64,000 nt of DNA from Burkholderiales bacterium (GCA_020851235.1 JADZDD010000001.1:54619-118618); one strand, 5' to 3'. Positions 26,858-38,169 are shown, numbered from the stretch's first letter. Notes: generated from the letters alone by a model not told the origin. Made by a program: numbers and translations.

Positions 26858-29704
26858 TCAGGCGCACCGACGCGGCTCGCCGGCGCCGAAGAGGTTCGAC
26901 ACGCAGCGCCCGCACAGCGTCGGGTGCGCGGTATCGTGTCCGACGTCGGCCCGCCAATGCCAGCACCGCTCGCACTTCACGTGCGGGCTCGGTGTCACGC
27001 GCACGGCGAGCGCGTCACCCCGCGCCACCGACGCGGCCGAGGTGATGGTCACGAAGCGCAGGTCGTCGCCGAGCGAGGCGAGTGCCGCGTGGGCCTCGTC
27101 TGGCGCCACGATCGCCACTTCGGCCTGCAGCGACGAGCCGATCGCGCCGGACTGGCGCACCGTTTCGAGCTCCTTCAGCACGGCGGCGCGCGCGGCGAGA
27201 ATCGTCTCCCACTTGGCGATGAGCGCGGGCTCGTCCGCGACGGCGCCTCCGGCGCTGCGCCACTCGTGCACGAAGATCGTCGTGTCGTTCGGGTGGACGA
27301 TGCGCCACGCCTCCTCGGCGGTGAACGAGAGGATCGGCGCCAGCAGTTTCAGCAGCGTGTCACGGATCACGACCAGTGCAGTCTGCGCCGAGCGGCGCGC
27401 CCGCGAATCGCGCGCGGTCGTGTACAGGCGATCCTTCAGCACGTCGAGGTAGAAGCCGCCGAGATCCTCCGAGCAGAAATTGGTGAGGCGCTGCACCGCA
27501 AGGTGGAATTCGTAGCGGCCGTAATCGTCGGCCACGGCGCGTGCGAGCATCTCGGTCCGGGCGATCGCGTAGCGATCGACTTCGAGCAGTTCGCCGCCCG
27601 CCACCGCGTGCGCGGCAGGGTCGAAATCCGAGGTATTGGCGAGGAGGAAGCGCAGCGTGTTGCGGATGCGCCGGTAGCTCTCGACGACGCGCTTCAGGAT
27701 CTCGTCGCTGATGTTGAGCTCGCCCGAGTAGTCGGTGGCCGCGACCCACAGGCGCAGGATCTCGGCGCCCAGCGTGTCGGCGACCTTTTGCGGGGCCACC
27801 ACGTTGCCCTTCGACTTCGACATCTTCTTGCCGTCACCATCGACGACGAAGCCGTGCGTGAGCAGCGCCTTGTACGGCGGCACCCCGTGCAACATGCACG
27901 ATTCGAGCAACGACGAATGGAACCAGCCGCGATGCTGGTCGGAGCCTTCGAGATAGAGGTCGGCCGGGAATCGCGTCCACTGCGCGTGCGAACCCATGCG
28001 CGAGCGCGCGGCGTCGGGCCCGCCCATCACGGTCTGGAAGGTGGCGCCCGAGTCGAACCACACGTCGAGCGTGTCGGTGAGCTTGCGGTACTTCTTCGCA
28101 TCGACGCCGAAGTCCTCCGCACTCGCCTCGAACCACGACTCGATGCCGCCCCCCTCGACCCGCGAGGCCGCGAGTTCGAGGAGCGCGAGCGTGTCCGGGT
28201 GCAACTCGTCGGTTTCGCGATCGACGAAGAATGGCAGCGGCACGCCCCACGAACGTTGCCGCGACAGCGTCCAATCGGGCCGGTGCGCGATCATGCCGGT
28301 CAGCCGAGCCTTGCCCCACGCCGGATAGAACGTCGTCGCCTCGATCCCGCGCAGCGCCGTGGTGCGCAGCGACTCCGCGGGCCGCACGCCACGGTACCCG
28401 GGCACCTCGTCCATCCCGGCGAACCACTGCGTCGTCGCGCGATAGATGATCGGCGTCTTGTGCCGCCAGCAGTGCATGTAGCTGTGCGTGAACTTCTCGA
28501 CATGGAACAGCGCGCCGACTTCGCGCAGCTTGTCGACGACGAGCGGATTCGCCTTCCAGATGCTCAACCCTCCGAAGAACTCGAGACTCTTCGCGTAGGT
28601 GCCATCGCCGGTGACCGGGTTCACGATCTCGTCGTCGCGCATGCCGTAGTGGCGGCACGACACGAAGTCCTCGACGCCGTAGGCGGGGGATGAGTGCACG
28701 AATCCGGTGCCCTGTTCGAGCGTCACGAAGTCGCCAAGGTAGACCGGCGAGATGCGATCGTAGAACGGGTGGCGGAAGCGGATGCGCTCGAGCGCGGCGC
28801 CTCGTGCCGTCGCGACCACCTCGCCGGTGAGGCCGTAGCGGGCGAGCGTCGGGTCGACGAGTTCACGCGCGAGGACGAGCTGGCCGCGTGCCGTGGTGAC
28901 GAGCGCGTAGACGAGATCGGGATGCGCGTGCAACGCCTGGTTGGCGGGGATCGTCCACGGCGTCGTGGTCCAGATCACCGCGTAGACCTCGCCCTCCGGG
29001 GCGAGCGGAAGACCGAAGGCCCGGCCGAACACTTCGCGATCCGCGGCGTCGAGGGCGAAGCCGACGTCGATGGCAAGGTCGGTGCGATCCTCGTACTCGA
29101 CTTCGGCCTCGGCGAGCGCGCTCTGGCAATCGAAGCACCAGTTCACCGGCTTCAATCCCCGATACACGTAGCCCTTCTCGAGCACCGTGCCGAGCGTGCG
29201 CAACTCGTCGGCCTCGTTCTTGTAGGCCATCGTCGTGTACGGGTGATCCCAGTCACCGAGCACGCCGAGGCGCTTGAATTGCTCGCGTTGCTTGTCGATC
29301 TGCTCGGTCGCGTAGGCGCGGCACAGGCGCTGCGTTTCGGCTGCGGACAGGTTCTTGCCGTGCGTCTTCTCGATCTGCACCTCGATCGGCATGCCGTGGC
29401 AGTCCCAGCCTGGCACGTACGGAGCATCGAAGCCGGCAAAGCCCTTGCTCTTGACGATGATGTCCTTGAGGATCTTGTTCACCGCGTGGCCGATATGGAT
29501 GTCGGCGTTGGCGTACGGCGGACCGTCGTGGAGGACGAATCGCGGCCGGCCGGCCGCCGCGGCGCGGATCGCCTCGTACACGCGCGTGCGTTGCCACTCG
29601 GCGATCCAGCCCGGTTCGCGCCGGGCGAGGTCACCGCGCATCGGGAACGGCGTGTCGGTGAGGTTGAGGGTGCTGCGGTAATCGGGCTTGGAAGCGTCGG
29701 GCAT
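26858..29704 (-). CDS. ileS: Isoleucine--tRNA ligase
   Basis: [39 protein letters not shown] (HIGH), KMSKSKGN (KMSKS) and the C-terminal zinc motif CERCWHW...CGRC are present. The ATG at 29704 is preferred over the track start at 29737. Confidence 0.93.
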   Translation of the reverse strand: MPDASKPDYRSTLNLTDTPFPMRGDLARREPGWIAEWQRTRVYEAIRAAAAGRPRFVLHDGPPYANADIHIGHAVNKILKDIIVKSKGFAGFDAPYVPGWDCHGMPIEVQIEKTHGKNLSAAETQRLCRAYATEQIDKQREQFKRLGVLGDWDHPYTTMAYKNEADELRTLGTVLEKGYVYRGLKPVNWCFDCQSALAEAEVEYEDRTDLAIDVGFALDAADREVFGRAFGLPLAPEGEVYAVIWTTTPWTIPANQALHAHPDLVYALVTTARGQLVLARELVDPTLARYGLTGEVVATARGAALERIRFRHPFYDRISPVYLGDFVTLEQGTGFVHSSPAYGVEDFVSCRHYGMRDDEIVNPVTGDGTYAKSLEFFGGLSIWKANPLVVDKLREVGALFHVEKFTHSYMHCWRHKTPIIYRATTQWFAGMDEVPGYRGVRPAESLRTTALRGIEATTFYPAWGKARLTGMIAHRPDWTLSRQRSWGVPLPFFVDRETDELHPDTLALLELAASRVEGGGIESWFEASAEDFGVDAKKYRKLTDTLDVWFDSGATFQTVMGGPDAARSRMGSHAQWTRFPADLYLEGSDQHRGWFHSSLLESCMLHGVPPYKALLTHGFVVDGDGKKMSKSKGNVVAPQKVADTLGAEILRLWVAATDYSGELNISDEILKRVVESYRRIRNTLRFLLANTSDFDPAAHAVAGGELLEVDRYAIARTEMLARAVADDYGRYEFHLAVQRLTNFCSEDLGGFYLDVLKDRLYTTARDSRARRSAQTALVVIRDTLLKLLAPILSFTAEEAWRIVHPNDTTIFVHEWRSAGGAVADEPALIAKWETILAARAAVLKELETVRQSGAIGSSLQAEVAIVAPDEAHAALASLGDDLRFVTITSAASVARGDALAVRVTPSPHVKCERCWHWRADVGHDTAHPTLCGRCVSNLFGAGEPRRCA

Positions 29705-29733
29705 GGGTACGGGTGGAAAGGCGTGGGGTGCGC

Positions 29734-30678
29734 TCACGCGGTGGACGCAGGAAGCGCGGCACCGGGCGTTGCGAAATATGCGCGCGCGGCCTGAACGTCG
29801 GCGCGGATCTGATGGGTGAGTGCCGCGAGATCCTCGTACTTCTCCTCGTCGCGCAGCTTGTGCAGGAATTCGACGCGCACGCGACGTCCGTAGATCGTCT
29901 CGGCGAAGTCGAAGAGGTAGACCTCGAGGATCGGCTGGCCGTGGGCGGTGATCGTGGGCCGCACGCCGACGCTGGCAACGCCAGGCAGCGGCTGAGCCCC
30001 GAGTCCGTGCACGCGCACGGCGAAAATGCCCGACACCGGCGGGCGCCGACTCAGCGACAGGTTGGCCGTGGGAAAGCCCAGCGTGCGTCCGCGCTTCTCA
30101 CCGTGTGCGACGCGACCGTTGATCGTGTAGTTTCGACCGAGGAGGTCGGCAGCGCGACGCAAGTCGCCGCGAAGGAGCGCATCGCGCACCAGCGTCGACG
30201 AGGCACGCTCGCCGTTCACGAGCACGGTGTGCATGGCTTCGACGCTGAAGGTCTTCGCATGCTGGCGCAGGAGGCCCAGGTCCCCTGCCCTGCCGCGGCC
30301 GAAGCGGAAGTCGTTGCCGACGAGGACCCAGCGCACGTCGAGGCGACGCACGAGGACGTCCTCGATGAACGCCTGCGCGCTCAGTTGCGCGAGCGCTGCA
30401 TCGAAGCGGGCGACGTAGGTTCGGGCCACGCCGAAGGCCCGGAAGACCTCGAGCTTCTGCGCGAGCCGGGTCAGGCGCGGCGGTGCCGTCTCCTTGGCGA
30501 AGAACTCGCGCGGATGGGGATCGAACGTGAGGACCGCCGGCGTCAGGCACAGGTCTTCGGCGGCTTCACACAGCCGCAAGAGCATCGCCTGGTGACCGCG
30601 ATGCACACCGTCGAAGTTGCCGATCGTGAGGGCAATCGGACCATCGGCGCGGGACGGGAGTCCGCGATAGAGCCGCAC
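29734..30678 (-). CDS. ribF: Bifunctional riboflavin kinase / FAD synthetase
   Basis: [28 protein letters not shown] and the C-terminal kinase motifs GFPTANL and E.YLFDF are present. Confidence 0.9.
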   Translation of the reverse strand: MRLYRGLPSRADGPIALTIGNFDGVHRGHQAMLLRLCEAAEDLCLTPAVLTFDPHPREFFAKETAPPRLTRLAQKLEVFRAFGVARTYVARFDAALAQLSAQAFIEDVLVRRLDVRWVLVGNDFRFGRGRAGDLGLLRQHAKTFSVEAMHTVLVNGERASSTLVRDALLRGDLRRAADLLGRNYTINGRVAHGEKRGRTLGFPTANLSLSRRPPVSGIFAVRVHGLGAQPLPGVASVGVRPTITAHGQPILEVYLFDFAETIYGRRVRVEFLHKLRDEEKYEDLAALTHQIRADVQAARAYFATPGAALPASTA

Positions 30679-30782
30679 GTGAGGGGGACCGCCGGCAGGA
30701 CCGATCGCGTCAACGCCTCGGGCCGCCGGCAGGATGTCGAGCCAAAGCGTTGAATTCTATCGCATTTGCAACGTGTCCGGGG

Positions 30783-33700
30783 CTACGGCAGCGGCACCGT
30801 CGCCGACGGCGGCACGTAGGCCCACTCGCGCCAGCCGCCGGGCACGAGCGGATAGTAAAGAGCGAGGCGGATCGGGCGAGCTTCGAGCGCATGCACGAGC
30901 CGGGCGTAGCGGGTGAGTTGCGCCTCGTAGCGCGTCACCTCCTGCGCCAGGAAGGTCTCGGCGTCGGCGCCTTCATGGCGCCCGGTCTTGAAGTCGACGA
31001 TCCAGCGCTGCCCGTCGGCGATGAACGTGCGATCGAGGACCACGTGCACGATCGCCCCGCCGTCGAGGCCCGCCAGCGCCCACTCGCTGTGGGCGTCCGT
31101 GTGTGTCGGGTCGAAGAGCCAGCGCCCCCGCGGGTCGTCGTTCACGGCGGCAAGGACGGCGAGCACGTCGGCGACCGCGTGGTCGAGCGCGTGCGCCGCG
31201 ACACCCTCGGCGGCAAGCTCCGCACGCACGTGCGGCGCGAGCGCTTCGCGCGCGGCGGCATCGCGCGCCGAGCCCGGGTCGGTCGCCCGTCGCGCGAGAT
31301 GGCGATGCGCCACCGTACCGATGATGGCGGCTTCGGCGCGGGCCCACTCGAAGTCCGGCCCCGGCGCGCGCGCGGCGCGGGATCGTGCCGGCGCGATCGT
31401 CTCCGGCAGGCGCGGCACGACGAAGTCGGCGGCAAGGCGCACGAGAGGCGGTGCTCCCGGGCGTTCGCTTCGCGTTTCGCTCGGGGCCTCGGGCGCCGCG
31501 GGGAGCGCGTCGACCACCCCCTCCCAAAGCTTGCGCAACGCCGTGCCGCGGCGCGGTGTGCGCCACCGCGCCCTGCCGGCGTCGGCATCGATCTCGACCG
31601 TGGAGGTGGCCACGAGGTGCAGGCGACGACGGGCACGCGTGACGCCGACGTAGAGCATCCGGCCGACCTCATGATCGGCCTCGGTACCCGCAAGCGATCC
31701 CAGATAGTCGTAGATGGGATCCGGGCCGCCGCGTGGTCCGCGCGGGGCCAGCAGCAATCCCCGCGGCCGCGTGCGCCAGCGCAGCAGCGGCGGCGCGTCG
31801 TTGCGCGCTGCGCGGGCCAATCCGGGGATCACGACCGTGTCGAATTCGAGCCCCTTCGCCTTGAAGAGCGTCATGATCTTGACCGCACTCGCGGCCTCAT
31901 CCGCCGACGTCACGAAACGCGCGGCGAGTTCGTCGCGCACGGCGTCCCAGTCGTCGACGTCGCCACCGCGAGCGTGGTCGCGCAACACGGCGAAGCTGTC
32001 CTCCACCGCGGTGAAATCGATCGGTTCGGCGAGCGTGGCCGGGCCGCCGAGCGCGAGCCACGTTCCGCGCACGCGATCGGCGAGGAGCCCGGTTCCATGC
32101 TCGGCGAAGGCAGGCGCGATGACGGTTGCAAGACGCGCGAGGCGCTGCCGGCCGTCCGTCGACAGGCCCTCGATGGTGGGCAGGGCGGCCAGCAGACCCG
32201 GCAGCCCGTGATCGAGATGGGCGCTTGCGACCAGGAGATCGGCGAGCAGGATGCCGCACCACGGGGCGCGCAACACGGCAAGGGCTGCCAGCCGGTCGGC
32301 CGGCTGGATGAGGGCGTGCGCCAGCGCCATCACGTCTTGCACCGCTTGCCGGGCGGCGAGCGCGTCGAGTTCCACGGCGGCGAAGCCGATCCCCTCGGCG
32401 CGCAGCGCCGGCAGGATCGAGACAAGATCGCCGCGCGCCCGGACGAGGATCGCGATGTCGCTGGAACCTTCGGCGAGCGCCTCGCGAACGCGAGCCACGG
32501 TGCACGCCGCCTCCTCCTCGCGGCTCGTGGCCACGTCGAGCGTCGGCGGCAGCGCGGGCGTCGCATCGTCCGCAACCGCGGCGGCCGCGAAGGCCACGGC
32601 GCCACGCCACGGCTCGTTGCGCGCCCCGAGGATCGCGGGAAAGACGCGATTGACCCACGCGACGAGCGCGCCCCGCGAGCGGAAATTGCGGGCGAGATCG
32701 AGAAACTCGACGGCAACCGATCCGATGCGGCCTTCGTCGATGGCCTGCAGGAAGAGCCGCACCTCGGCGTTGCGGAAGCGATAGATCGACTGCATCGGGT
32801 CGCCGACCGCAAACAGCGTGCGTCCATCCCCCGGCGTCCAGCCTGCGGTCAACAGGTCGATGAGGTCGAACTGCAACTGCGAGGTGTCCTGGAATTCATC
32901 GATGAGCAGGTGCTCGATCGCGAGATCGACGCGCAGCAGGAGTTCGCTCGGCGCATCGACGGCGCCCAGCGCCGCGACGGCGGCGAGCGCGAGCTCGGTG
33001 AAATCGGTTGCCCCCTGCCGCGCGCAGACCAGGCGAAACTGCGCCACCGCGCGCGGCAGGATGTGCAGCAAGGCGAGCACCGTGTTCCAGGTGGCATCGG
33101 CGATCGTCGCCGGGGGCAATGTGCGCACGAGATCGAGCGCGACCACGAATTCGGGGGCGCTCGCCAGTGCCGCGAGCATCGCGTGCGCCTCGTCGCGCTG
33201 CGTGCCTCCACCCGCGCTCGGCGGCCGCACGCCCTCGCGGCGCGTGTGGCGCTGCCGCGGCGCTCCATCGCGGGTCAGGAGCCAATTCGCGACCGCGCAC
33301 CAGTGACCAAGCTCGGCGTGTGCCGCGGGGGGAAGTCCGCCGTGCGCCGCGCACCGCGCGAGCGCGGCAGCGAGCGCTGCATCGCCGTCTTCGGCCATGA
33401 GCTCGTCGGCGGCACGCTGCGCGCATTGCGCGATCCTCGCCATGAGTTCCGCCGGAGCGCGGGCGCGGGCGGCGCCAAGCTCGGCTTCGATTTCGGCCTG
33501 CAATGCGGACTCGAGTTCGGTGCGCAACGCCGACGGGTCCCGATCGACGAGATGGGCAAGCCATTGCTCACGCCGGGCGAGCATCGACGCAACGAGGTCG
33601 ACGACGACGGCGGCGTCGTTGTCCAAGGCCGCAAGCAATCGTCCCCAGTGCGGATCCTGCGGTTCGGCCGCGACCAGCGTCGCTCGCGCCGCCAGGGCGT

Positions 33701-34169
33701 AGAGCGCCTGCGGCCGCTCGACGACGCGCACCGAGGGTCCGAGCCGACTCATGAGCGGCGCCTGGCTTGCGAGCGTCGCGCACAGCGCGTCGATCGTGTA
33801 GATCGCAAGCTGCGCGGGGTGGTCGAGCAGTGACCATCCGAGCCGGTCCGCCTGCGCCAGGACCGCCATGGCGAGCTGTCGGGTCGTCGCCTCGTGCGGC
33901 ATCGTGACTGGCACGCCGTCGCGCGCCATCTGCAGCGCGGTGACGACGCGCTCGCGCATCTCGCTGGCGGCCTTGCGGGTGAACGTCATCGCCACGACGC
34001 GCTGCGGCGCGTCGACGCCGGCGAGGAGTGCCAGGTAACGCTGGATGAGCAGTTCGGTCTTGCCCGAGCCGGCGGGCGCCTGCACGAGAAACGAGGCGTC
34101 CGTCGCGAGCGCGCGGCGCCGGTGGGCCGCGTCGCGGGCGAGACGCTCGGCGTTGGCGTCGTCAGTCAT
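30783..34169 (-). CDS. addA: AddA-type UvrD-family helicase with C-terminal PD-(D/E)XK nuclease domain
   Basis: Walker A is FLVQAPAGSGKTELLIQR, followed by MTFTRKAASEMRERV, IDEFQDTS and VGDPMQSIYRFRNA. The C-terminus includes IVDFKTG (nuclease motif). The ATG at 34169 overlaps the addB stop (ATGACTGA). Confidence 0.85.
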   Translation of the reverse strand: MTDDANAERLARDAAHRRRALATDASFLVQAPAGSGKTELLIQRYLALLAGVDAPQRVVAMTFTRKAASEMRERVVTALQMARDGVPVTMPHEATTRQLAMAVLAQADRLGWSLLDHPAQLAIYTIDALCATLASQAPLMSRLGPSVRVVERPQALYALAARATLVAAEPQDPHWGRLLAALDNDAAVVVDLVASMLARREQWLAHLVDRDPSALRTELESALQAEIEAELGAARARAPAELMARIAQCAQRAADELMAEDGDAALAAALARCAAHGGLPPAAHAELGHWCAVANWLLTRDGAPRQRHTRREGVRPPSAGGGTQRDEAHAMLAALASAPEFVVALDLVRTLPPATIADATWNTVLALLHILPRAVAQFRLVCARQGATDFTELALAAVAALGAVDAPSELLLRVDLAIEHLLIDEFQDTSQLQFDLIDLLTAGWTPGDGRTLFAVGDPMQSIYRFRNAEVRLFLQAIDEGRIGSVAVEFLDLARNFRSRGALVAWVNRVFPAILGARNEPWRGAVAFAAAAVADDATPALPPTLDVATSREEEAACTVARVREALAEGSSDIAILVRARGDLVSILPALRAEGIGFAAVELDALAARQAVQDVMALAHALIQPADRLAALAVLRAPWCGILLADLLVASAHLDHGLPGLLAALPTIEGLSTDGRQRLARLATVIAPAFAEHGTGLLADRVRGTWLALGGPATLAEPIDFTAVEDSFAVLRDHARGGDVDDWDAVRDELAARFVTSADEAASAVKIMTLFKAKGLEFDTVVIPGLARAARNDAPPLLRWRTRPRGLLLAPRGPRGGPDPIYDYLGSLAGTEADHEVGRMLYVGVTRARRRLHLVATSTVEIDADAGRARWRTPRRGTALRKLWEGVVDALPAAPEAPSETRSERPGAPPLVRLAADFVVPRLPETIAPARSRAARAPGPDFEWARAEAAIIGTVAHRHLARRATDPGSARDAAAREALAPHVRAELAAEGVAAHALDHAVADVLAVLAAVNDDPRGRWLFDPTHTDAHSEWALAGLDGGAIVHVVLDRTFIADGQRWIVDFKTGRHEGADAETFLAQEVTRYEAQLTRYARLVHALEARPIRLALYYPLVPGGWREWAYVPPSATVPLP

Positions 34170-36861
34170 CGGCGACCTCGTCGTCGCTCCATCCGCCCTC
34201 ACGGGCCGCGTCGATCCGGCACAGGGATTGCCGCGCGCAGCGCTCACACGGGCGGTGGGGGCGTTCGCGCGGAGTCACGCTCGCCACGCCGTCGCGGATC
34301 TCGGCGGCAAGCGCGGACAAGTGCTGCGCGTAATACTGCGCGATGCCCGCCCAGCCGGGCGGGTTGGCCAGTCGTGTCGCATCGGCCAATGCCGGCCATT
34401 GCGCAACGTCCTCGGCGAAGCCGACAAGCCCGATGTCGCCGGCCTTGACGCTCCCGTAGGCGACCGCCCGCACCGGGGTGGAGGGCGTCTGTGCCTCGAG
34501 CGCCAGCCAGTACATGCCAAGCTGCGGAAAGCGCGGGCGCGAGGCAAACCAGCTCTTCACGGATTCGACCTTGCCCGTCTTGTAATCGATGATGGCAAGA
34601 CCGCCCCCGGCCAGCGCATCGACCCGGTCGAGCGTGAGGCGGAACACGAGACCGTGCAGTTCCACGCCGGCCTTGACCTCGGTGCGCTCGACCGTGAAGC
34701 CGGGGCGCGGCCGCTCGACCTCTTCGATCCACGCCGCGGCCACGGCGGGGAGGCGCTCGCGCTCGATGCTCGCGACCGCCGGCGGCAGCGACGCCCAGCG
34801 CGCCGCATCGAGAGTGGAGAGCGCCGTGCGTGTGGCCGCTTGCAGTCGTGCGTGGAGCGCGTCCGCGTCGAGCGCCACGAGCCCGTCGTGGCTGCCCACC
34901 GCTCGCCAGAAAGCCGCCATGAGCGCGTGCACGAGTTGCCCGCGTTCGTGCGGGGCAAGGCCGGTCACCGGGGTGGGCCAGGGATCCGCACGGAGCCGAT
35001 AGCGCGCAAGGGCCATGAACGGGCAGTCGGACTGCGCTTCGATGACCCCACTGCCACCGCGAACCGCTCCGGGCGGGAGCGCGGGAGCCTGCGCGTCGAG
35101 CCGTGTTTCGACCGCTCGAGCGGCGGCGATGCGCCGTGCGCTGCCGTCGTCTTGCAAGGCCACCGGCGCGGGCCACGCGCCGCTGACGAGCGCGGTCGGG
35201 CGGGCGGGCGCGTGGGCGAGCGTCGCCGGCGCGCTCAACACGACCTCTGGTGCGTTGGCCATGAGCCGCGCGGTGATGCGCGAGGCAAAGGCGCGTTCGC
35301 GCGCAGCGCTCGCGCGCGGAACTTCGTGCTCGCGCTGCCAGGGCAGCGGCAGCAGCGGATTCGGCTGCGGTGCAGGAGGCCAGTGCTGCCCCGACAGTCC
35401 CGCGACCCACAGGGCGTCGCAGGGAACCGACGCGGCCTCGATGAGGCCCATGAGCAAGACGGGTCCGCCCTGCCCTTGCGGCTGGAAAACCGTCGACCCG
35501 GCCTGATCGACCAGGAGCGCCAGGGCTTCGCCCGGCGGCAGGCGCGCGGTCAGCGCGTCGAGCCGGACGAATGCGTCGAGCAATCGCCCGAAGGCATCGC
35601 GCGCCTCGTACGCCGCGCCCGCGAGTGACGCCTCGCCCGGCCAGCCGCAGCGATCGAGGAAATCGCGCCATTGGGTGACCCAGGCGCGGGCGCTGCGCGG
35701 CCGTGAGCAGTCGAACGCGGCCATTGCATCCGCGAGTCGCTGCGCTGCCGTTGCATCGACCGTGGCGAGGGAGGCGACGGCGTGACGCGCCGTGATCGTC
35801 TCCTCGCCGCGCTCGAGCCAGTCCCGTTCGAGACCCGCGCGAGCGACCCATCGCCCCGGCCCGTACGGCGAGCGGAAGAGCGCTGCCGCGACGGCGCGAT
35901 CCAGCGCGCCATGCGCAAGGCCGATCCAGCCGAGCGCCGCCGCCACGATCGGCGCATCGGCGAGCGGGGCGCCCAGCGAGATGTCGTACGGTCGTCGTGC
36001 CGCGGCATTCCCGGGCCGTTGCAACTCCGGGCAAAGCACATCCTCGGCGAGGCTGCGCACCTCGTCGCGCCGCGCCGCGAGCCCGTCGATCGCAATGACG
36101 ATCGTCGCGTCCGGGGTTCGCAGCGCGCGTTCGCGGGCCCATTGCAGCGCGAGCACGATCTCGTCGCGCGGGGTGGGCGCAACGACGCGACTCGCCATAG
36201 CGCGCGCCGCCGGCTCGGCCGCCACGGCCACGTCCATCCCAGCACCGCGCAGGGCGGTGCACAGGCGATCCTGCTGCGGCGTGAACTCGAGGAAGCCCGC
36301 GAGGAGCACGGCGTTGTCACGGTAACCCTCGTGGTGTCCCGCGTCTTCGGCGAGGACGTCGGCGAGCGTCGCGTCGTCGAAGGCCCGACGACTGTCGAGT
36401 TCCCGGCGATAGCGTTCGGCCCACGCGATGAAGGCGTGGGGATCGGACGCGGCCGGAGCGAGCCAGGTATCGCGCCAGGCGCGCCAGCTCGGCCCTCCCG
36501 CGCCCCAGGCATGGACGAGCGCCCATGCCTCCCGCGCGAGGTCCGCGAAGCCGCGAGCGTCGATCGTGCCGGGCGGCAGTGCCGGGTCGTCGTCGACGAT
36601 CTGCCGCCACAAATGGCGTGCCTCGATCGGCGCGACGAGCCGCTGCGTGGTGCGACCGGCGTCGTGTGCCTCCTGCCACAAATGGAGGAGCCACGCCGGC
36701 CACGGCAGCACGCGACCCGCAGGCCACGCCGTCTTGCCCGAACGCAGCATTGCGGCGTCGTGACGCGCCGAGAGCACCCGGGCGAGCCGCCGGTTCGGCG
36801 TGACGACGAGCGCGCCGGCGGCGAGGGCATGCAAGGGATCTGCTGCAGGTGTCGACATCAT
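34162..36861 (-). CDS. addB: AddB-type PD-(D/E)XK nuclease subunit with Fe-S cysteine cluster
   Basis: The protein is 899 aa and sits directly upstream of addA. The nuclease motif IIDYKTGK is present. Cysteines at SDCPFMA and the C-terminal CERCARQSLC fit the AddB iron-staple pattern. Confidence 0.8.
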   Translation of the reverse strand: MMSTPAADPLHALAAGALVVTPNRRLARVLSARHDAAMLRSGKTAWPAGRVLPWPAWLLHLWQEAHDAGRTTQRLVAPIEARHLWRQIVDDDPALPPGTIDARGFADLAREAWALVHAWGAGGPSWRAWRDTWLAPAASDPHAFIAWAERYRRELDSRRAFDDATLADVLAEDAGHHEGYRDNAVLLAGFLEFTPQQDRLCTALRGAGMDVAVAAEPAARAMASRVVAPTPRDEIVLALQWARERALRTPDATIVIAIDGLAARRDEVRSLAEDVLCPELQRPGNAAARRPYDISLGAPLADAPIVAAALGWIGLAHGALDRAVAAALFRSPYGPGRWVARAGLERDWLERGEETITARHAVASLATVDATAAQRLADAMAAFDCSRPRSARAWVTQWRDFLDRCGWPGEASLAGAAYEARDAFGRLLDAFVRLDALTARLPPGEALALLVDQAGSTVFQPQGQGGPVLLMGLIEAASVPCDALWVAGLSGQHWPPAPQPNPLLPLPWQREHEVPRASAARERAFASRITARLMANAPEVVLSAPATLAHAPARPTALVSGAWPAPVALQDDGSARRIAAARAVETRLDAQAPALPPGAVRGGSGVIEAQSDCPFMALARYRLRADPWPTPVTGLAPHERGQLVHALMAAFWRAVGSHDGLVALDADALHARLQAATRTALSTLDAARWASLPPAVASIERERLPAVAAAWIEEVERPRPGFTVERTEVKAGVELHGLVFRLTLDRVDALAGGGLAIIDYKTGKVESVKSWFASRPRFPQLGMYWLALEAQTPSTPVRAVAYGSVKAGDIGLVGFAEDVAQWPALADATRLANPPGWAGIAQYYAQHLSALAAEIRDGVASVTPRERPHRPCERCARQSLCRIDAAREGGWSDDEVADD

Positions 36862-37063
36862 GAGGAAGCGCCCAAGGCGCGCCGCCCGACGGCGGTGGAC
36901 GCGCGCACGGCAAGACGAACGTTAGCAGCTTCCCGCATCCATCCGGCGCGCACTGGCCCGGCTGTCGTGGTGGGTCGGGGCCGCGCCGATGCCCGTGGCG
37001 CCACGCATCGCTTGCGTCGCGCGGCCGACGCCGCGTCGCGATGCGAGCGGCAACTTCAGCCCG

Positions 37064-37537
37064 TCAGTCGGCGCTACCGGCGACCGGCAAGACCCCCAGA
37101 TCCGCCGCGGTCGTACGCGCGCCGACCTCGGTTGCGCTTGCGGCAGGCCGTGGGACCGCGCTGCCGGCCGCCAGGGTCGCGCTGCCGAAGGTGGCTTGGG
37201 CGGTGCGCGGAAGTGCGGCTCCCGGGCCCGGCGCGCCCGTCACGGGGCGCACCGGCCTCATGCCGGCGTGCAACGTCGCGGGCGGTGCGCCGGACGACAG
37301 CATGGCGCCAAGGCGATCCGCAGGCGGGCGGCCTTCGGTGCGCGGTATCGCGGCCTTCCACTCACCGCACCAGTCGTCGTCGCGCACGTGCGGCCACACG
37401 CCTTCGATCATGAAGGACTTCTGGTTCACCGGGTGCAGTCGGGGTGCCGAGCGCCGGCATTGGCCCCAGCGGATCCCGCCCGTGGTGGCCTGGCCGTGAT
37501 CGCGATCATAGAAGTGACATCCGACGCACTTTTCCAC
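37064..37537 (-). CDS. Hypothetical protein with an N-terminal four-Cys domain and an Ala/Pro-rich tail (157 aa)
   Basis: The GTG start has a strong SD (GAAGGAG, 9 nt spacing). The N-terminal 60 aa read VEKCVGCHFYDRDHGQATTGGIRWGQCRRSAP...VWPHVRDDDWCGEWK, with Cys at positions 4, 7, 27 and 57. GC3 is high. No family recognised. Confidence 0.5.
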   Translation of the reverse strand: MEKCVGCHFYDRDHGQATTGGIRWGQCRRSAPRLHPVNQKSFMIEGVWPHVRDDDWCGEWKAAIPRTEGRPPADRLGAMLSSGAPPATLHAGMRPVRPVTGAPGPGAALPRTAQATFGSATLAAGSAVPRPAASATEVGARTTAADLGVLPVAGSAD

Positions 37538-37742
37538 GGCTGGGGACTCCTTCTCAATGCAGGTGACGCGGTCGCCACTCCGGCTCGATGTGGGCCTCGG
37601 GGCGAATCCGGCGTGTGGCGATACGCGCGCGCTGGCGGGCGTGACGTTGCGTGGCGTCGCGCACGGCCGCGCTGCGGGCGCCGGGTTTGCGTCGCCGCGC
37701 TGGGGCCGCGCCGGCACGCCGGACCACACGACACCGAAGGGG

Positions 37743-37811
37743 GGTTACGGCCGCCGACCGCATCGCTGTTTGCAGTACTGGAAATGGACCACTTTCCCGG
37801 CGGCCGTAACC
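37743..37811. repeat. Perfect 14-bp inverted repeat (GGTTACGGCCGCCG / CGGCGGCCGTAACC) with a 41-nt loop
   Basis: Read directly, with arms at 37743-37756 and 37798-37811. The loop contains the palindrome CAGTACTG. The repeat lies 23 nt downstream of the J-like gene stop on the minus strand. Confidence 0.85.
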
Positions 37812-37833
37812 GTTGCCGCAGACACGTGCACGC

Positions 37834-38169
37834 TCATGCTGCGAGCGGTGCGACGATGCCGCGCAGCGCCCCTGGGACGTCTTGCACCAGGCGCGTGCCC
37901 GCAGCAGGCTGCGTGTCCAGCATCGCCTTGAGCTCGGCATCGGCAAGTGCCGCTTGCTGCGCGAGCTCGGCATCGTAGGTCTTGCGCTTGTCTGGTGACG
38001 AGAGCACCTCGTAGGCGGCGTGGATCTTGCGCACGAGGCCCGAAAGATCCTGCCCCGCCTCCGTCACGCCGTAGGCGAAGCGCTCGAGAACTGCGGCGTA
38101 GGCTGCCTCGATTCGCGCGGTACTCGCACCGGGGGCGAGATCGAGATAGTCATAGTGCGTGTAGTTCAA
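37834..38169 (-). CDS. J-domain-like small protein lacking the HPD motif (111 aa)
   Basis: The TTG start has an SD AGGAG 6 nt upstream. YDYLDLAPGASTARIEAAYAAVLERF....LVRKIHAAYEVLSSPDKRKTYDAEL follows the DnaJ helix II/III pattern, but ERFAYGV replaces K-x-HPD. Confidence 0.55.
   Translation of the reverse strand: MNYTHYDYLDLAPGASTARIEAAYAAVLERFAYGVTEAGQDLSGLVRKIHAAYEVLSSPDKRKTYDAELAQQAALADAELKAMLDTQPAAGTRLVQDVPGALRGIVAPLAA

Noticed and set aside
30750-33833. A 1027-aa plus-strand ORF opposite addA. Similar cases are 22296-24836, 34045-35628, 35782-37413 and 55409-57676.
   Set aside because: All are antisense or out-of-frame partners of genes with strong motif evidence, and all have Arg-rich nonsense composition.
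30783-36861. Reading the helicase-nuclease pair as a phage-defence system
   Set aside because: Size, motif order, the Fe-S cysteines in the second subunit and the 8-nt overlap fit ordinary AddAB recombination and repair enzymes. No methylase, ATPase-effector or other defence-type partner is present.
36989-37978. A 329-aa plus-strand ORF, and other ORFs, in the gap between addB and the lexA-like gene
   Set aside because: The composition is Arg/Ala-rich and there is no SD. It overlaps two minus-strand ORFs that have strong SDs, high GC3 and recognisable sequence patterns.
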